A stretch of DNA of 64,000 nucleotides. Origin: Cyanobacteriota bacterium. GTDB taxonomy: Bacteria > Cyanobacteriota > Cyanobacteriia > Cyanobacteriales > Nostocaceae. The position numbers and the translations under genes are program-made. The number at the start of each line of letters is the position of its first letter. The first letter of the stretch is position 1. Where the stretch lies: the NCBI GenBank assembly GCA_046045965.1, contig JBJOKS010000005.1:64001-128000 (forward strand), in the 5' to 3' direction. Shown in pieces: positions 1 to 11,608 of this stretch. The notes beneath the pieces were generated by a model. It ran no database searches, was not told the DNA's origin, and worked only from the letters and a program-made list of their open reading frames with translations.

Positions 1-107
1 CCATCAAAATTTTTGTCAATCACATACAAATTCATGTAAATTTAATCATGTCAAGGCATTAAATTTTTTCTCGACTTAGAAACCTAGTTTAGTATAAAAT
101 AAAAAAC

Positions 108-1802
108 ATGAAAGAATATGATGTTGTAATTATCGGCGCAGGACACAATGGTTTAGTGTGTGCTGCTTATTTGCTCAAAGCTGGCTATAGCGTCCTGCTA
201 CTAGAAAAGCGTTCTGTTCCCGGTGGTGCGGCTACAACAGAAGAATGTATACCAGACAAAGCACCAGGGTTTAAATTTAATCTCTGTGCTATTGACCATG
301 AATTTATTCATCTCGGTCCAGTCGTTCAGGAATTAGAACTGGAAAAATATGGCTTAGAATATCTACAATGTGATCCCGTTGTTTTCTGTCCCCATCCTGA
401 TGGTAAGTATTTTTTAGCTCATAAATCATTAGAAAAAACCTGTGCAGAAATAGCGAGGTATAATGAAAGAGACGCTAAAAAATACGCCGAGTTTACCCAA
501 TATTGGCAACGGGCAATTAACGCCATGATGCCCATGTTTAACGCTCCACCTAAATCAATTATAGACATTTTTGGTAACTACAACCTGCAAAAATTCAAAG
601 ATTTATTTTCTGTCATTGGATCTACCCAAAAAAGTTTAGATTTTGTGCGAACAATGCTCACCAGTGCCGAAGATATTTTAAATGAATGGTTTGATGAAGA
701 ATTTCTCAAAGCACCTCTTTCTAGACTAGCATCAGAACTAGGAGCGCCTCCATCACAAAAAAACCTGGCCATAGGTGTCATGATGATGTCCATGCGTCAT
801 CATCCGGGAATGACTAGACCCCGTGGAGGAACAGGTGCATTAGTCAAAGCATTAGTGAATTTAGTCACAGCAAAAGGTGGCGAAATTCTCACAGATCAGC
901 AAGTAGAAAAAGTCTTAATTGATGATGGTCAAGCCGTAGGTGTGCGGGTTGCTTCTGGTGAAGAATATCGGGCAAAATGTGGAGTAATTTCTAATATTGA
1001 TGCCAAAAGATTATTTTTACAATTAATGGATGCTCAAGAAGTTGATCATGCTGATCCAGAATTACGAGAAAGATTAGAACGGCGCATAGTTAATAATAAT
1101 GAAACTATCTTAAAGATAGATTTAGCATTAGATGAACCCTTGCGTTTTCCTTACCATGAACATAAAGACGAATATCTCATTGGTTCAATTTTAATTGCAG
1201 ATTCCATGAATCATGTAGAACAGGCGCATAGTAAATGTACAATCGGAGAAATACCTGATAGTGATCCCTCAATGTATGTGGTAGTTCCTAGTTTTCTTGA
1301 TCCGACTTTAGCACCACCAGGAAAACATACAGTTTGGATTGAATTTTTTGCCCCTTATCAAATTGCTGGTGCGGAAGGTACAGGTTTAAAAGGTACAGGT
1401 TGGACTGATGAATTGAAAAATCAAGTTGCAGATAAAGTAGTTGATAAACTAGCAACTTACTCCCCCAATGTGAAAACCGCAACCATCGCTAGAAGGGTAG
1501 AAAGTCCAGCTGAATTAGGAGAAAGATTAGGGGCTTATAAAGGCAATTATTACCATATTGATATGACATTAGATCAAATGGTATTTTTCAGACCTTTACC
1601 AGAATTAGCAAATTATAAAACCCCCATTGATAATCTATTTTTAACAGGTGCGGGAACTCATCCCGGTGGATCAATTTCAGGAATGCCAGGACGTAATTGT
1701 GCGAGAGTATTTTTGCAGTCCAAACACCCAATTACTCAGACATTAAAGGATGCTGGAAATTCAATTAAGTCTACTGTGGGATCTGTATTTGGCATTAGTT
1801 AA
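108..1802 (+). CDS. crtO: Beta-carotene ketolase CrtO (FAD-dependent, phytoene dehydrogenase-like family)
   Basis: 564 aa; N-terminal FAD motif IIGAGHNGLVCAAYL, C-terminal LFLTGAGTHPGGSISGMPGRN; size and sequence match cyanobacterial CrtO as I recall it. Confidence 0.82.
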   Translation: MKEYDVVIIGAGHNGLVCAAYLLKAGYSVLLLEKRSVPGGAATTEECIPDKAPGFKFNLCAIDHEFIHLGPVVQELELEKYGLEYLQCDPVVFCPHPDGKYFLAHKSLEKTCAEIARYNERDAKKYAEFTQYWQRAINAMMPMFNAPPKSIIDIFGNYNLQKFKDLFSVIGSTQKSLDFVRTMLTSAEDILNEWFDEEFLKAPLSRLASELGAPPSQKNLAIGVMMMSMRHHPGMTRPRGGTGALVKALVNLVTAKGGEILTDQQVEKVLIDDGQAVGVRVASGEEYRAKCGVISNIDAKRLFLQLMDAQEVDHADPELRERLERRIVNNNETILKIDLALDEPLRFPYHEHKDEYLIGSILIADSMNHVEQAHSKCTIGEIPDSDPSMYVVVPSFLDPTLAPPGKHTVWIEFFAPYQIAGAEGTGLKGTGWTDELKNQVADKVVDKLATYSPNVKTATIARRVESPAELGERLGAYKGNYYHIDMTLDQMVFFRPLPELANYKTPIDNLFLTGAGTHPGGSISGMPGRNCARVFLQSKHPITQTLKDAGNSIKSTVGSVFGIS

Positions 1803-1842
1803 GTAGATGGGATAAAAAAATACACTAACTAAATAATAACCT

Positions 1843-1880
1843 GATCCCCGACCTCTTTGATCTTTGAGAAGTCGGGGATC
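1843..1880. repeat. Palindromic dispersed repeat, possible terminator after crtO
   Basis: GATCCCCGAC...GTCGGGGATC inverted repeat; related copy at 51964-51996. Confidence 0.6.
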
Positions 1881-2030
1881 TAGATTTTGGGTGTTTATCA
1901 TTGCTCAACTCCTACTGACTTCTGACTCCTAAATTGTGCTGTAAGTATTTAATCAGACATGGTATGATTAAGATTGTGATTATCAAGAGTGAATGTATAT
2001 TCACCAAAAAAATACATTTAGGAAAAAAGT

Positions 2031-2936
2031 ATGGAAAACGAAAAGCAGCAATGGTTTCAACTTGCGTTCCAGATTAAAGGATCTGTAATTACCTCAATTT
2101 ATAAAAGAGTTATCGGGTGTGGAATATTTGGAATATTAATTTCCGTTCTTTACTATTTTAAAGTACCAGTTTCTCAACCAATTTTAGGGAGTGTTATTCC
2201 CAGCATTGTGTTAGGTTTATTATTAGTTTTTAGAACCAATACAGCTTATGAAAGATTTTGGGAAGGAAGAAAAATTTGGGGTTCAATAGTTAATACAGTC
2301 CGCAATATTGCCCGACAAATTTGGGTATCTGTGGATGAAATTGCTATTGAAGATAAAAAGAAGAAAATTGAAGCATTGAAATTATTAATAGCTTTTGCCG
2401 TAGCTACTAAACTGCATTTAAGAAACGAACCTGTCAATAAAGAGTTAGAAGAATTAATGCCAGCATCTTATTATATTAACCTCAAAACAATGAATAATCC
2501 ACCCCTTGAGGTAGCTTTTTGGATTAGTGATTATTTACAAAAGCAATACAATCGTAATTGCATCAATAGCTATCAGTTATCGGCAATGCAGCAATTAGTC
2601 AATATTTTAGTAGATAATTTAGGAGCTTGTGAAAGAATTTTGAAAACGCCCATTCCTTTAGCTTATGCTATTCATCTCAAACAATTGTTATTACTGTATT
2701 GTTTATTATTACCATTTCAATTGGTTGCAAGTCTGGGTTGGTGGACAGGGTTTATTTCTGCTTTAGTTAGCTTTACTTTATTGGGTATTGAAGCCATTGG
2801 GTTAGAAATTGAAAATCCCTTTGGTTATGATCCTAACGATTTACCATTAGATAAAATTTGTGACACCATGAAACGGAATCTTGATGATTTAATTAGTTTG
2901 ACTCCTAGTGTGCATTCAAGGCAAGAAGATGTATGA
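2031..2936 (+). CDS. Bestrophin-family (YneE-like) ion channel
   Basis: LLVFRTNTAYERFWEGRKIWG, CERILKTPIP and EIENPFGYDPNDLPLD motifs with hydrophobic segments. Confidence 0.9.
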   Translation: MENEKQQWFQLAFQIKGSVITSIYKRVIGCGIFGILISVLYYFKVPVSQPILGSVIPSIVLGLLLVFRTNTAYERFWEGRKIWGSIVNTVRNIARQIWVSVDEIAIEDKKKKIEALKLLIAFAVATKLHLRNEPVNKELEELMPASYYINLKTMNNPPLEVAFWISDYLQKQYNRNCINSYQLSAMQQLVNILVDNLGACERILKTPIPLAYAIHLKQLLLLYCLLLPFQLVASLGWWTGFISALVSFTLLGIEAIGLEIENPFGYDPNDLPLDKICDTMKRNLDDLISLTPSVHSRQEDV

Positions 2937-2977
2937 GGGTAATATTATGAGACAGGATATTTTCAATCAACAGCAAT

Positions 2978-4774
2978 TTACCTGACTAAAGTGTAAGCGA
3001 TCGCTCGATCTCTTCCTTTATTCTTCGCTGCATAAAGCGCCTCATCTGCTTTAGCAATTAAATCCTCTAGGCTAATTTCTGCCATCGGAATTAAACTAGC
3101 TACACCTAAACTCAATGTCACATAATTACTTACCTCTGATTTAAAATGAGGAATAGCCAAGGAAGCGATCGCTGTTCGCATTGACTCTGCAACTATTAAG
3201 GCTCCTTCAGTATTAGTATTAGGCAAAATCACCGCAAATTCTTCACCACCATAACGCGCAACCAAATCTGTAGGACGTTGGGGAACTTTCGCAAGAGTTT
3301 GAGCTACTTTTTCTAAACATTCATCTCCTCCTTGATGTCCATAATAATCATTATAACCTTTAAAATAATCAATATCTGCAAGAATTAAAGCCAGAGGTTT
3401 TTGTTCACGCAGATGTCTTTGCCATTCTGTTGCTAAATAGTCATCAAAGCGACGACGATTAGCAATTTGCGTTAAAGAATCTAAATTATTTAGTCTTTCT
3501 AAACTAGAATTTGCTTTTTCTAATTCTTGATTAATATAAATCAATTTTTGCGCTTGTATTTTAGAATTCTCTAAAAGTTCTGAATGTTCTAAAGCTACAC
3601 TAAATTGAGCCGCCAATTGTTTAACAAATTGCACTTCCTCTGTTTGCCAGATGCGTGGAGAACTACATTGATGCACACACAAAAGCCCCCATAGTTTATT
3701 TCCTTTGAGCAGTGGAACTAAAATTTGAGCTTTAATTTCAAATTGCTGGAGTATTTGCAAATGACATTCTTGGAGATTCGCGTCATCAACATTGTTAATC
3801 ACTTGAGAGCTTCCTTGTTGATAAAGTACAGCATAACTCTCGCCAAAACAACTATCTTTAACTTTGACATCTATGGCTGAATCATAAATAGGTAAAACAC
3901 TTTCAGCCATAAATTCACCACAACAAAAGTTAGATTCTGGATCAAATTTAAAAATACCCACCCTATCGACTTGTAGAGCTTTCCTGATTTCTCTAACTGT
4001 AGTGTTAAATAAAACATTCATATCTAGGGATTCTCTGATTTCTGCCACTAAATCAAATAAAATCTGTTGTCTTTGACTTGCTTGATTTAATTCATTAACT
4101 TTTCTTTCCATTGCTGTTAAAAATTCTGCCTGTTGCAAAGCAAACCCTAATTGTGATGCAACTTGAGTTAAAAAGTGAATGTCTGATTTTTGCCAATTAT
4201 ACGGTTGAGAATGTTGATATGCTGATAATATACCCCATAATTTTTGTCCAATGAAAATTGGTGCAGTAGCATAGGCTCTAATGTAAAACTGCTCTAAAAT
4301 TTCTATATGACATTGTGATAAATTGGCTGTATAAATATCAGAAACATACAAAGTTTCATTTTGGCGATATCTTCCCCCTTGATGTTGTTGCAGATAAGAA
4401 TCATTCCAGATAGTATTCTTACCTATATTTTCAATATGATCAACATCTGGTTCAACAAACTCAAAATCGCTGACAAATTCTCCACCCCAATCTTCATTAA
4501 AACGATAAACCGCTATTCTCTCAACACGCAGTAATTTACAAGTTTCTTTGGTAGTAGTTCTAAAAATAGTATCTACATTTAAAGAGGCGCGTATTTTGCT
4601 GATCACTCGATATAGTGCTTTTTCTTTTTCTTCTTTTTGCTGTAATTCTAGATTTTTGTGATTAATTTGTGATTGTAATTCACTAATAGTAGGTAAATTT
4701 AGCAAAGTACAAATTAAATCAATAAATTTTTTAGAGATGACCTTTACAGGCGATCTGGAATTGTGAGGACACAT
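2978..4774 (-). CDS. Cyanobacteriochrome diguanylate cyclase (GAF-GAF-GGDEF)
   Basis: GAF1 has WNDSYLQ...CH; GAF2 has DSCF...CH; C-terminal GGDEF domain with RPTD I-site and YGGEEF active site. Confidence 0.88.
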   Translation of the reverse strand: MCPHNSRSPVKVISKKFIDLICTLLNLPTISELQSQINHKNLELQQKEEKEKALYRVISKIRASLNVDTIFRTTTKETCKLLRVERIAVYRFNEDWGGEFVSDFEFVEPDVDHIENIGKNTIWNDSYLQQHQGGRYRQNETLYVSDIYTANLSQCHIEILEQFYIRAYATAPIFIGQKLWGILSAYQHSQPYNWQKSDIHFLTQVASQLGFALQQAEFLTAMERKVNELNQASQRQQILFDLVAEIRESLDMNVLFNTTVREIRKALQVDRVGIFKFDPESNFCCGEFMAESVLPIYDSAIDVKVKDSCFGESYAVLYQQGSSQVINNVDDANLQECHLQILQQFEIKAQILVPLLKGNKLWGLLCVHQCSSPRIWQTEEVQFVKQLAAQFSVALEHSELLENSKIQAQKLIYINQELEKANSSLERLNNLDSLTQIANRRRFDDYLATEWQRHLREQKPLALILADIDYFKGYNDYYGHQGGDECLEKVAQTLAKVPQRPTDLVARYGGEEFAVILPNTNTEGALIVAESMRTAIASLAIPHFKSEVSNYVTLSLGVASLIPMAEISLEDLIAKADEALYAAKNKGRDRAIAYTLVR

Positions 4775-4942
4775 AAAATGTAGTATGATATTATGATCAT
4801 GTCTAAACTTGTTAGTTTAATAAACATTGATTATATCGTATATTTTCGTATTTTTAATACGAATTCGAGATAAAGTATTAATAATAAGATTAGCGAATTC
4901 ACTAACAATTAGGATATTTTTCGTTTAAACTTTTATTCAACT

Positions 4943-5791
4943 TTACAAAAGCCTAATACCGCTTTCTAAACCCTCACAAACACCAGTCAGAAAATCTAAA
5001 TCCAAACTAGCAATAGTATCACTCGGTTTGTGATAATTAGGATTTCTTAAAAATGCCGTATCTGTCACCATAATTGCTGGATAACCTTGATCCCAAAAAG
5101 GTGCATGATCACTTAGTCGAGTTTGGGGAACCAGTAAACCCCGATTAGGTGCTGGTAGCCATTGACTAGGTACACCGACTTTACTAATACTGCGACTGAG
5201 ACTAATTAAATCTCCTAAAGTCCGTAAATTACCAATTAAACCAATAAAATCGCCGGTATTGGGGTAAAACTTATCTAAAAAAGCTGGATATCTTTGCGAA
5301 CCAGGACTAGAATCACGATATCCCAACATCTCCAAAGAAATCATTAAACGTAGACGTTGCTTTTGTTGGTGTAGCAAAGCTGCATAATCAGCACTACCCA
5401 ACAAACCATATTCTTCCATATCAAAAGCAACCAAGCGCAAAGGATATCTAGCAGGTGCTTGGGCGAAATTTCTGGCAAATTCTAATAAAACTGCCACACC
5501 CGTAGCATTATCATCAGCGGCCACAGTACCAGGTACACCATCATAGTGAGCGCCAATTAAAATAGGTGGTAAATTAGATTTTTGTCTTTTTGGTTGGGAG
5601 GGTAAATTTAAAATCAGGTTATTACAACTTTTACTCCCCACTTTAAAGGTGTGGATTTCCACACTTCCCCATTGTCCTAATTGGTGGCGGATGTATTCTT
5701 GAACAAAGAAATGTCCCGCACTGGCCATATAGGGATCGCGTTCCCGTGCGATTTCTTGCAGATGATTTTGTAATCTTTGTTTTAAAGTCAA
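4943..5791 (-). CDS. M28 family metallopeptidase
   Basis: GAHYD, ADDNATGVA, FDMEEYGLLGS, SDHAPF and YHKPSD motifs; start moved to TTG at 5791 because the ORF-track N-terminus is translated STRR repeat. Confidence 0.85.
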   Translation of the reverse strand: MTLKQRLQNHLQEIARERDPYMASAGHFFVQEYIRHQLGQWGSVEIHTFKVGSKSCNNLILNLPSQPKRQKSNLPPILIGAHYDGVPGTVAADDNATGVAVLLEFARNFAQAPARYPLRLVAFDMEEYGLLGSADYAALLHQQKQRLRLMISLEMLGYRDSSPGSQRYPAFLDKFYPNTGDFIGLIGNLRTLGDLISLSRSISKVGVPSQWLPAPNRGLLVPQTRLSDHAPFWDQGYPAIMVTDTAFLRNPNYHKPSDTIASLDLDFLTGVCEGLESGIRLL

Positions 5792-5794
5792 GAT

Positions 5795-5930
5795 GGTGAT
5801 TGGTGATTGGTGATTGGTGATTGGTGATTGGTGATTGGTGACTGGTGACTGGTGACTGGGAAAATACAAATTATTTCCCCCTGCTCCCTGCTCCCTGCTC
5901 CCCTGCTCCCCTGCCTCTCTCCCTGTTCCC
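5795..5930. repeat. STRR-type heptamer tandem repeats (TGGTGAT/TGGTGAC and CCCTGCT)
   Basis: Tandem 7-mers visible directly; typical of Nostocales intergenic DNA. Confidence 0.85.
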
Positions 5931-6113
5931 TCTCTACAAATGCTATCCTAGTTTGGCAAGTAGCACCTTAAGCTAAAATTTCTCTAATTATGGAATTAAT
6001 GATGATAATTATACCATTGGGCGGTTTTCATCATTGAGCAGCAAGCTAGAGACAATGCTACCCAATAATAATATATAGATGTAGTAAGACACGCAGCAGG
6101 AGAAGAGGAACGC

Positions 6114-8192
6114 ATGGGCAAGGTAGTCGGCATCGACTTGGGTACAACCAACTCAGTAGTCGCCGTGATGGAGGGTGGCAAGCCGGTGGTGATTGCCAAT
6201 GCAGAAGGTATGCGAACCACCCCCTCTGTTGTCGGCTTCAGCAAAGAAGGGGAAAGGGTGGTTGGGCAGATGGCCAGACGGCAAACGGTTCTGAATCCCC
6301 AAAATACCTTTTTTGCAGTTAAACGCTTCATTGGGCGCAGGTACGCTGAACTTAACCCCGATTCCAAGCGTGTACCCTACACTATTCGTAAAGATGAAAT
6401 GGGCAATATTAAAGTTGCCTGTCCTCGGTTAAATAAAGAATTTGCCCCGGAAGAAATTTCAGCAATGGTGCTGAAGAAATTAGCGGCTGATGCGAGTCGT
6501 TATTTGGGTGAACCTGTCACCGGGGCTGTAATTACTGTTCCGGCTTATTTTAATGATTCTCAACGTCAAGCCACCCGCGATGCTGGCAGAATTGCTGGTT
6601 TAGAAGTGCTACGCATTCTCAATGAACCCACAGCCGCTTCCCTCGCTTACGGATTGGATCGAGGTGATTTAGAAACAATCCTCGTTTTTGACTTGGGTGG
6701 TGGTACTTTTGATGTTTCGATTTTGGAAGTAGGTGACGGCATCTTTGAAGTTAAAGCCACTAGTGGAGATACCCAGCTAGGTGGTAATGATTTTGACAGA
6801 AAAATAGTTGATTGGTTAGCGGAACAATTTTTAGAGACAGAAGGGGTAGATTTAAGACGCGATCGCCAAGCTTTGCAGCGTTTAATGGAAGCCGCAGAAA
6901 AAGCCAAAATCGAACTTTCTGCCGTCAGCGTCACTGATATTAACTTACCCTTCATCACCGCTACAGAGGATGGTCCAAAACATTTAGAAACTCGCCTCAC
7001 CCGTTCCCAGTTTGAAGGCTTGTGTACTGATTTAATTAGCAGAATACGCACACCAGTAAAACGGGCGCTCAAAGATGCCGGACTCTCCCCTGTAGATATT
7101 GAAGAAGTTGTATTAGTAGGTGGTTCCACTAGAATGCCAATGGTGAAACAGCTAGTACAGGATTTAATTGGCATCGAAGCCAGCGAAAACGTCAACCCTG
7201 ATGAAGTGGTGGCCGTGGGTGCAGCAATTCAAGCGGGCATTCTGGCGGGGGAAATGAAAGATGTACTACTCTTAGATGTCACACCTTTATCCTTGGGATT
7301 AGAAACCATTGGTGGCGTGATGAAAAAACTAATTCCCCGGAACACAACAATACCCGTAAGGCGATCTGATATTTTTTCTACCTCGGAAAATAACCAAAAC
7401 AGTGTAGAAATTCACGTTGTCCAAGGGGAAAGGGAAATGGCAGCTGATAACAAATCCTTGGGACGGTTTAAGCTGTATGGTATCCCCCCAGCCCCTAGAG
7501 GTATACCCCAAGTTCAAGTATCTTTTGATATAGATGCCAACGGGATTTTACAGGTAACGGCTTTAGATCGCACCACTGGCAGAGAGCAGAGTATCACAAT
7601 TCAAGGCGCTTCTACCTTGAGTGAATCAGAAATTAATCGCATGATTCAGGATGCTCAGAAATATGCTGATATTGACCGGGAACGGAAAGAAAGAGTAGAA
7701 AAACGGACTCGTTCAGAGGCTTTGATTTTACAAGCAGAACGGCAACTGCGGGAAGTAGCCTTAGAAATGGGTATGCAGTTTGCCCGTAACCGTCGTCAGC
7801 GCATTGACAATATTTGCCGCGAATTGCGAGAGAGTTTAAAAGATGATGATGATCGGGGCATTGATCAGGCTTACTCTGACTTGCAAGATGCTCTCTATGA
7901 GCTAAATCGAGAAGTCCGTGAGTATTATGCTGAAGATGAAGACGAAGACTTATTTGGTGCTATCCGTGACATCTTCACTGGTGATAAAGAAAAGGAACGA
8001 GATTATTCTCCCAGAGAAACTTATCGGGAACGCGATTCTTATAACAGAGACTACAGCCGGGACTCTGGTAGAGACTATGGTAGAGACTATGGTAGAGAAA
8101 ATCGTTCTTCACCCTCCTATGATAGTCCTCCACCACGTCGCAGCCGTCCCAGCTACCAGGATAACTGGGATGATGACGATGATTGGCTCTAA
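6114..8192 (+). CDS. dnaK: Chaperone DnaK, cyanobacterial DnaK3 type
   Basis: [32 protein letters not shown] linker; acidic WDDDDDWL C-terminus and downstream dnaJ are characteristic of DnaK3. Confidence 0.93.
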   Translation: MGKVVGIDLGTTNSVVAVMEGGKPVVIANAEGMRTTPSVVGFSKEGERVVGQMARRQTVLNPQNTFFAVKRFIGRRYAELNPDSKRVPYTIRKDEMGNIKVACPRLNKEFAPEEISAMVLKKLAADASRYLGEPVTGAVITVPAYFNDSQRQATRDAGRIAGLEVLRILNEPTAASLAYGLDRGDLETILVFDLGGGTFDVSILEVGDGIFEVKATSGDTQLGGNDFDRKIVDWLAEQFLETEGVDLRRDRQALQRLMEAAEKAKIELSAVSVTDINLPFITATEDGPKHLETRLTRSQFEGLCTDLISRIRTPVKRALKDAGLSPVDIEEVVLVGGSTRMPMVKQLVQDLIGIEASENVNPDEVVAVGAAIQAGILAGEMKDVLLLDVTPLSLGLETIGGVMKKLIPRNTTIPVRRSDIFSTSENNQNSVEIHVVQGEREMAADNKSLGRFKLYGIPPAPRGIPQVQVSFDIDANGILQVTALDRTTGREQSITIQGASTLSESEINRMIQDAQKYADIDRERKERVEKRTRSEALILQAERQLREVALEMGMQFARNRRQRIDNICRELRESLKDDDDRGIDQAYSDLQDALYELNREVREYYAEDEDEDLFGAIRDIFTGDKEKERDYSPRETYRERDSYNRDYSRDSGRDYGRDYGRENRSSPSYDSPPPRRSRPSYQDNWDDDDDWL

Positions 8193-8212
8193 GGTAATTT
8201 TAGATTTGAGAT

Positions 8213-8375
<163 letters not shown>

Positions 8376-9374
8376 ATGCAAAATTTGCAAAATTTCCGCG
8401 ATTATTACGAGATTTTGGGAGTAACGAAAGAAGCCTCTAGCGAAGAAATTAAAAAAGTTTATCGCAGGTTAGCAAGGCAATACCACCCTGATCTTAATCC
8501 AGGTAACAAAGAAGCAGAAGAAAAATTTAAGACTATCGGTGAGGCTTATGAAATTCTTTCCGATCCGAGTCGGCGATCGCAATACGACCAGTTTAGCCGC
8601 TACTGGAAGCAAAAAGGTTTTGCCGGTGGTGGTAAACAGTCACCTAAACCAAAGGGTTGGGGAGATAATCGCACCAACACCCGTACTAGTCAAGAAGTAG
8701 ATCCGAGCGAGTTTCCTGATTTTGAAAGTTTTATTAATACAGTCATCGGTGTCAGCAGTCGCAAAGATACCAGAACTACCCCAGGAAATACAGCCACTAG
8801 CGACCCGTTTCGCACTCCTAGAACTAAAGTTGCTTATACAGTTAACACCCCACCCCGTACTAATCGCAGGGATATAGAAGCGAGGTTAACTTTACCTTTA
8901 GAAAAAGCTTATCAAGGTGGTAATGAAAGAATACGTTTAGAAGATGGGCGATCGCTCGAAGTAACTATGCCCCCAGCTATGGTGACAGGTCAAACCATCC
9001 GCTTGCGAAATCAAGGCATTGGTGGTGGAGATTTATACTTAAAAATTACCGTTGACCCTCATCCGTTATTTAAATTAGAAGGTGCTAATATTTTCTGTCA
9101 AATTCCTGTAACTCCTAGTGAAGCGGTTTTAGGAGGACAAGTAGAAGCACCTACTTTAGATGGTCCTGTAAAAATGACCATTCCTCCCGCAGTTAGATCC
9201 GGTCAAAGGTTTAGATTAGCTAATAAAGGTTATCCTGGTGAAAACGGGAAACGTGGTGATCAATTAGTGGAAATTCAGATAGTTACACCGAAAAATATTA
9301 CAGATGAAGAAAGACAGCTTTATGAAAAATTGCGGGAAGTTGAAAGTTTTAAACCAAGGGCTGATTTAATTTAA
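8376..9374 (+). CDS. dnaJ: Class II DnaJ (CbpA-like) co-chaperone
   Basis: J-domain DYYEILGV...YHPDLN; DnaJ C-terminal domain (GDLYL, GDQLVEI); no zinc finger. Confidence 0.9.
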   Translation: MQNLQNFRDYYEILGVTKEASSEEIKKVYRRLARQYHPDLNPGNKEAEEKFKTIGEAYEILSDPSRRSQYDQFSRYWKQKGFAGGGKQSPKPKGWGDNRTNTRTSQEVDPSEFPDFESFINTVIGVSSRKDTRTTPGNTATSDPFRTPRTKVAYTVNTPPRTNRRDIEARLTLPLEKAYQGGNERIRLEDGRSLEVTMPPAMVTGQTIRLRNQGIGGGDLYLKITVDPHPLFKLEGANIFCQIPVTPSEAVLGGQVEAPTLDGPVKMTIPPAVRSGQRFRLANKGYPGENGKRGDQLVEIQIVTPKNITDEERQLYEKLREVESFKPRADLI

Positions 9375-9461
9375 TTAATAGTCAGAATCAGGATGTCCAG
9401 GATTTTCAGGATTAACAGGATGATAGAGATTTGTGCGTAAATTAACCACATCTTGATTAAA

Positions 9462-9700
9462 TTATTCTTCTACGTTAAAGTCAACTTTATCGTAGATATC
9501 ACCTAACGAAATTTGACAGATAATAGATTTATTATCACCAATTTTGCAGTATTGCTCAACGTGCATTGAGTCTTGGTAAATTAAAATATATTCTTGAAAA
9601 GTGGTAATAGTGCGATAAGCAGCAAATTTTTCGTCTTGATCATAACTTTTGCTTGAATTTGATAATACCTCAGTAATCATTACTGGATTAGTAATAGGCT
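9462..9700 (-). pseudogene. Uma2-family endonuclease fragment
   Basis: NPVMITEVLSNSSKSYDQDEKFAAYRTITTFQEYILI resembles the C-terminal half of Uma2; N-terminal half absent, internal deletion apparent; 5' boundary approximate. Confidence 0.65.
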
Positions 9701-9900
9701 GAAGGCTGATAACTGAACTGCTAAGTCGGCGGAGCGTCGGCTGAATGCTTACGTAATGGCTTTCCGTCCGATTCATAAAAATTTATACAAACTTTTGAGA
9801 AAAAGCAAATTAAAACATGGCTGTTGTGGTAAATTACATCTAAATTATCTCAACTAATTACTACATCTAAATACCAATCTTCAATACTCTATTTTTTCCT

Positions 9901-10581
9901 ATGGATGAACAACTACAGCAACTACTTCAAGCATTCTTGACAACAGCGAGTGGTAGTATAGAAGATCAACAAGTTATAGCCAAAATACTGAAATTAATTC
10001 CTCATTTACCAGGAGTTCGCAAACACAATGATCCTCGGATTGATTATGAAGAAGCTTTTAATCTCTCATTGCAGGGGGTTTGGAAAGGAATAAGAAGATT
10101 TGCTGAGAACTCTTCCGAAAGGATTCTTAACAAAAGCGCAGAAATTAATCGGCGATTTTTTGTAGCTTGGTTCAACAGAATTTTAATGAACAAAATTTAT
10201 GATATGTATCGTCAGCAGGGAAACCAACCCTTCAGCTTAGATGCAAATATGAATGATGATAATACATTTTTAGATAATTTAGCAGATAACATCAATATAA
10301 ATACTATTGATAAATTAATTGAACAAGAAAATTTGAAAAAAAATCAGGAAATAGAAAATAAAATAAAATCTGATTTAGAAAAAAATTTAGAACAATTAAA
10401 CTGTCATCCAAGAAATTGCCCTGAATGTACCTGTCGAGAACTGATTAACAGGAGATTGTTAAAAAAACCTCCAGAAAGATGGCAAGATATTGGTGAATAT
10501 TTCCAAATCAAGTGGAAAGCTATTGAATCACATTGGAGAAGAACTTGTTTACCACTTCTACCACAATTAGGAAATATTTAA
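9901..10581 (+). CDS. Sigma-70/ECF-like (HetZ-like) factor
   Basis: Region-2-like DYEEAFNLSLQGVW...FVAWFNRIL, FSLD, and C-terminal HTH-like WQDIGEYFQIKWKAIESHWRRTCLPLL; this type usually precedes DUF1822 genes in cyanobacteria. Confidence 0.7.
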   Translation: MDEQLQQLLQAFLTTASGSIEDQQVIAKILKLIPHLPGVRKHNDPRIDYEEAFNLSLQGVWKGIRRFAENSSERILNKSAEINRRFFVAWFNRILMNKIYDMYRQQGNQPFSLDANMNDDNTFLDNLADNININTIDKLIEQENLKKNQEIENKIKSDLEKNLEQLNCHPRNCPECTCRELINRRLLKKPPERWQDIGEYFQIKWKAIESHWRRTCLPLLPQLGNI

Positions 10582-10613
10582 AGTTTTTTAATATTAAATC
10601 AGGAGCAAATGAA

Positions 10614-11564
10614 ATGACAACAAATGCCGAACTATTTTTATTAACCGTTCCTCTCACCGCAGCGAATCATGAATGTGCTAAAAGATTTGCGTCTGAACAA
10701 TCTTCTCGTGAGAAATTTAAACAAGTATATCTCAACACTTTGGCGGTTTTAGCAGTAGATAGATTTTTACGTTGGATGGAATTTGAAACAGACTTAAATG
10801 CAGCCGATAGTTGGAATCCCATAATTCGTCGTTTTAATAATGTAGCAGATTTAATGCTTCCTGAATTGGGAAGAGTAGAATGTCGTCCTATTTTACCTAC
10901 AGAAGATGTGATGATTTTACCTCCTGAAGTAATAGGAGATAGAATTGCTTATATAGCTGTAAAATTTGCTGAGAATTTAAAGCAAGTTGAATTACTAGGA
11001 TTTTTACCTGCTTCGGAAAGTATAGAAGAATCTGATATTATTGATCTTGCTGATTTGCAACCGTTAGAAGAATTAACAGATTTTTTGCTAAATTTAGATC
11101 CTATTTCTGAGGATGATTTTGAAGAAGAAGAGGATGATGAAACAGAAGGGAATAATTTGTCAATAGAAGTTTTAAGACGTTGGTTAGAACAAAATTATGG
11201 AGAAGGTTGGAAAGCTTATGAAGAAATACAGGGAGAGGGAGGATATCGTAGTGATGATAATTTTGAAGAAATCCGCCGTCGTGCTAAAGTTATAGAAATA
11301 GAAGATTATTCAGTTGTTTTATCAGTTTTATTTACTTCAGAACATAGAGAAGATTTTCGGTTAATATTTAAACTAGAGCCAGAAAAATTTGAATATGAAC
11401 TGCCAGAGGGTGTTGAACTACAATTATTAGATCAAAATGGACAATTAATACAAGAAGATAATTCAGAAGAACCTGAAATTGAATGGAATGCAAAAATAGG
11501 TACTTTGTTTAATATACAAATAATTCTTGGAGAAGCTAGATTTATAGAACAGTTTCAAATTTGA
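10614..11564 (+). CDS. DUF1822 family protein (candidate anti-sigma factor / protease substrate)
   Basis: KQVYLNTLAVLAV, ADLMLPELGRVECRP, DRIAYIAV, ELLGF motifs; AGGAG RBS at 10601 supports ATG 10614. Confidence 0.82.
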   Translation: MTTNAELFLLTVPLTAANHECAKRFASEQSSREKFKQVYLNTLAVLAVDRFLRWMEFETDLNAADSWNPIIRRFNNVADLMLPELGRVECRPILPTEDVMILPPEVIGDRIAYIAVKFAENLKQVELLGFLPASESIEESDIIDLADLQPLEELTDFLLNLDPISEDDFEEEEDDETEGNNLSIEVLRRWLEQNYGEGWKAYEEIQGEGGYRSDDNFEEIRRRAKVIEIEDYSVVLSVLFTSEHREDFRLIFKLEPEKFEYELPEGVELQLLDQNGQLIQEDNSEEPEIEWNAKIGTLFNIQIILGEARFIEQFQI

Positions 11565-11608
11565 TTTCAAGATTGTGTATACAATTTATAGCCAAAGATT
11601 TAGATATT

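Noticed and set aside
5792..5869. N-terminal extension (HQSPITN)n of the M28 peptidase in the ORF track
   Set aside because: It is translated STRR heptamer repeat; the peptidase-like sequence starts at about 5791
5940..6113. CIRCE/HrcA operator upstream of dnaK
   Set aside because: TAGCACCTTAAGCTAA only loosely resembles TTAGCACTC-N9-GAGTGCTAA; spacing and second arm do not fit
5996..7517. Antisense ORFs over dnaK (5996-6367, 6647-7195, 7329-7517)
   Set aside because: Shadow ORFs typical of the strand opposite conserved dnaK genes; no independent motifs
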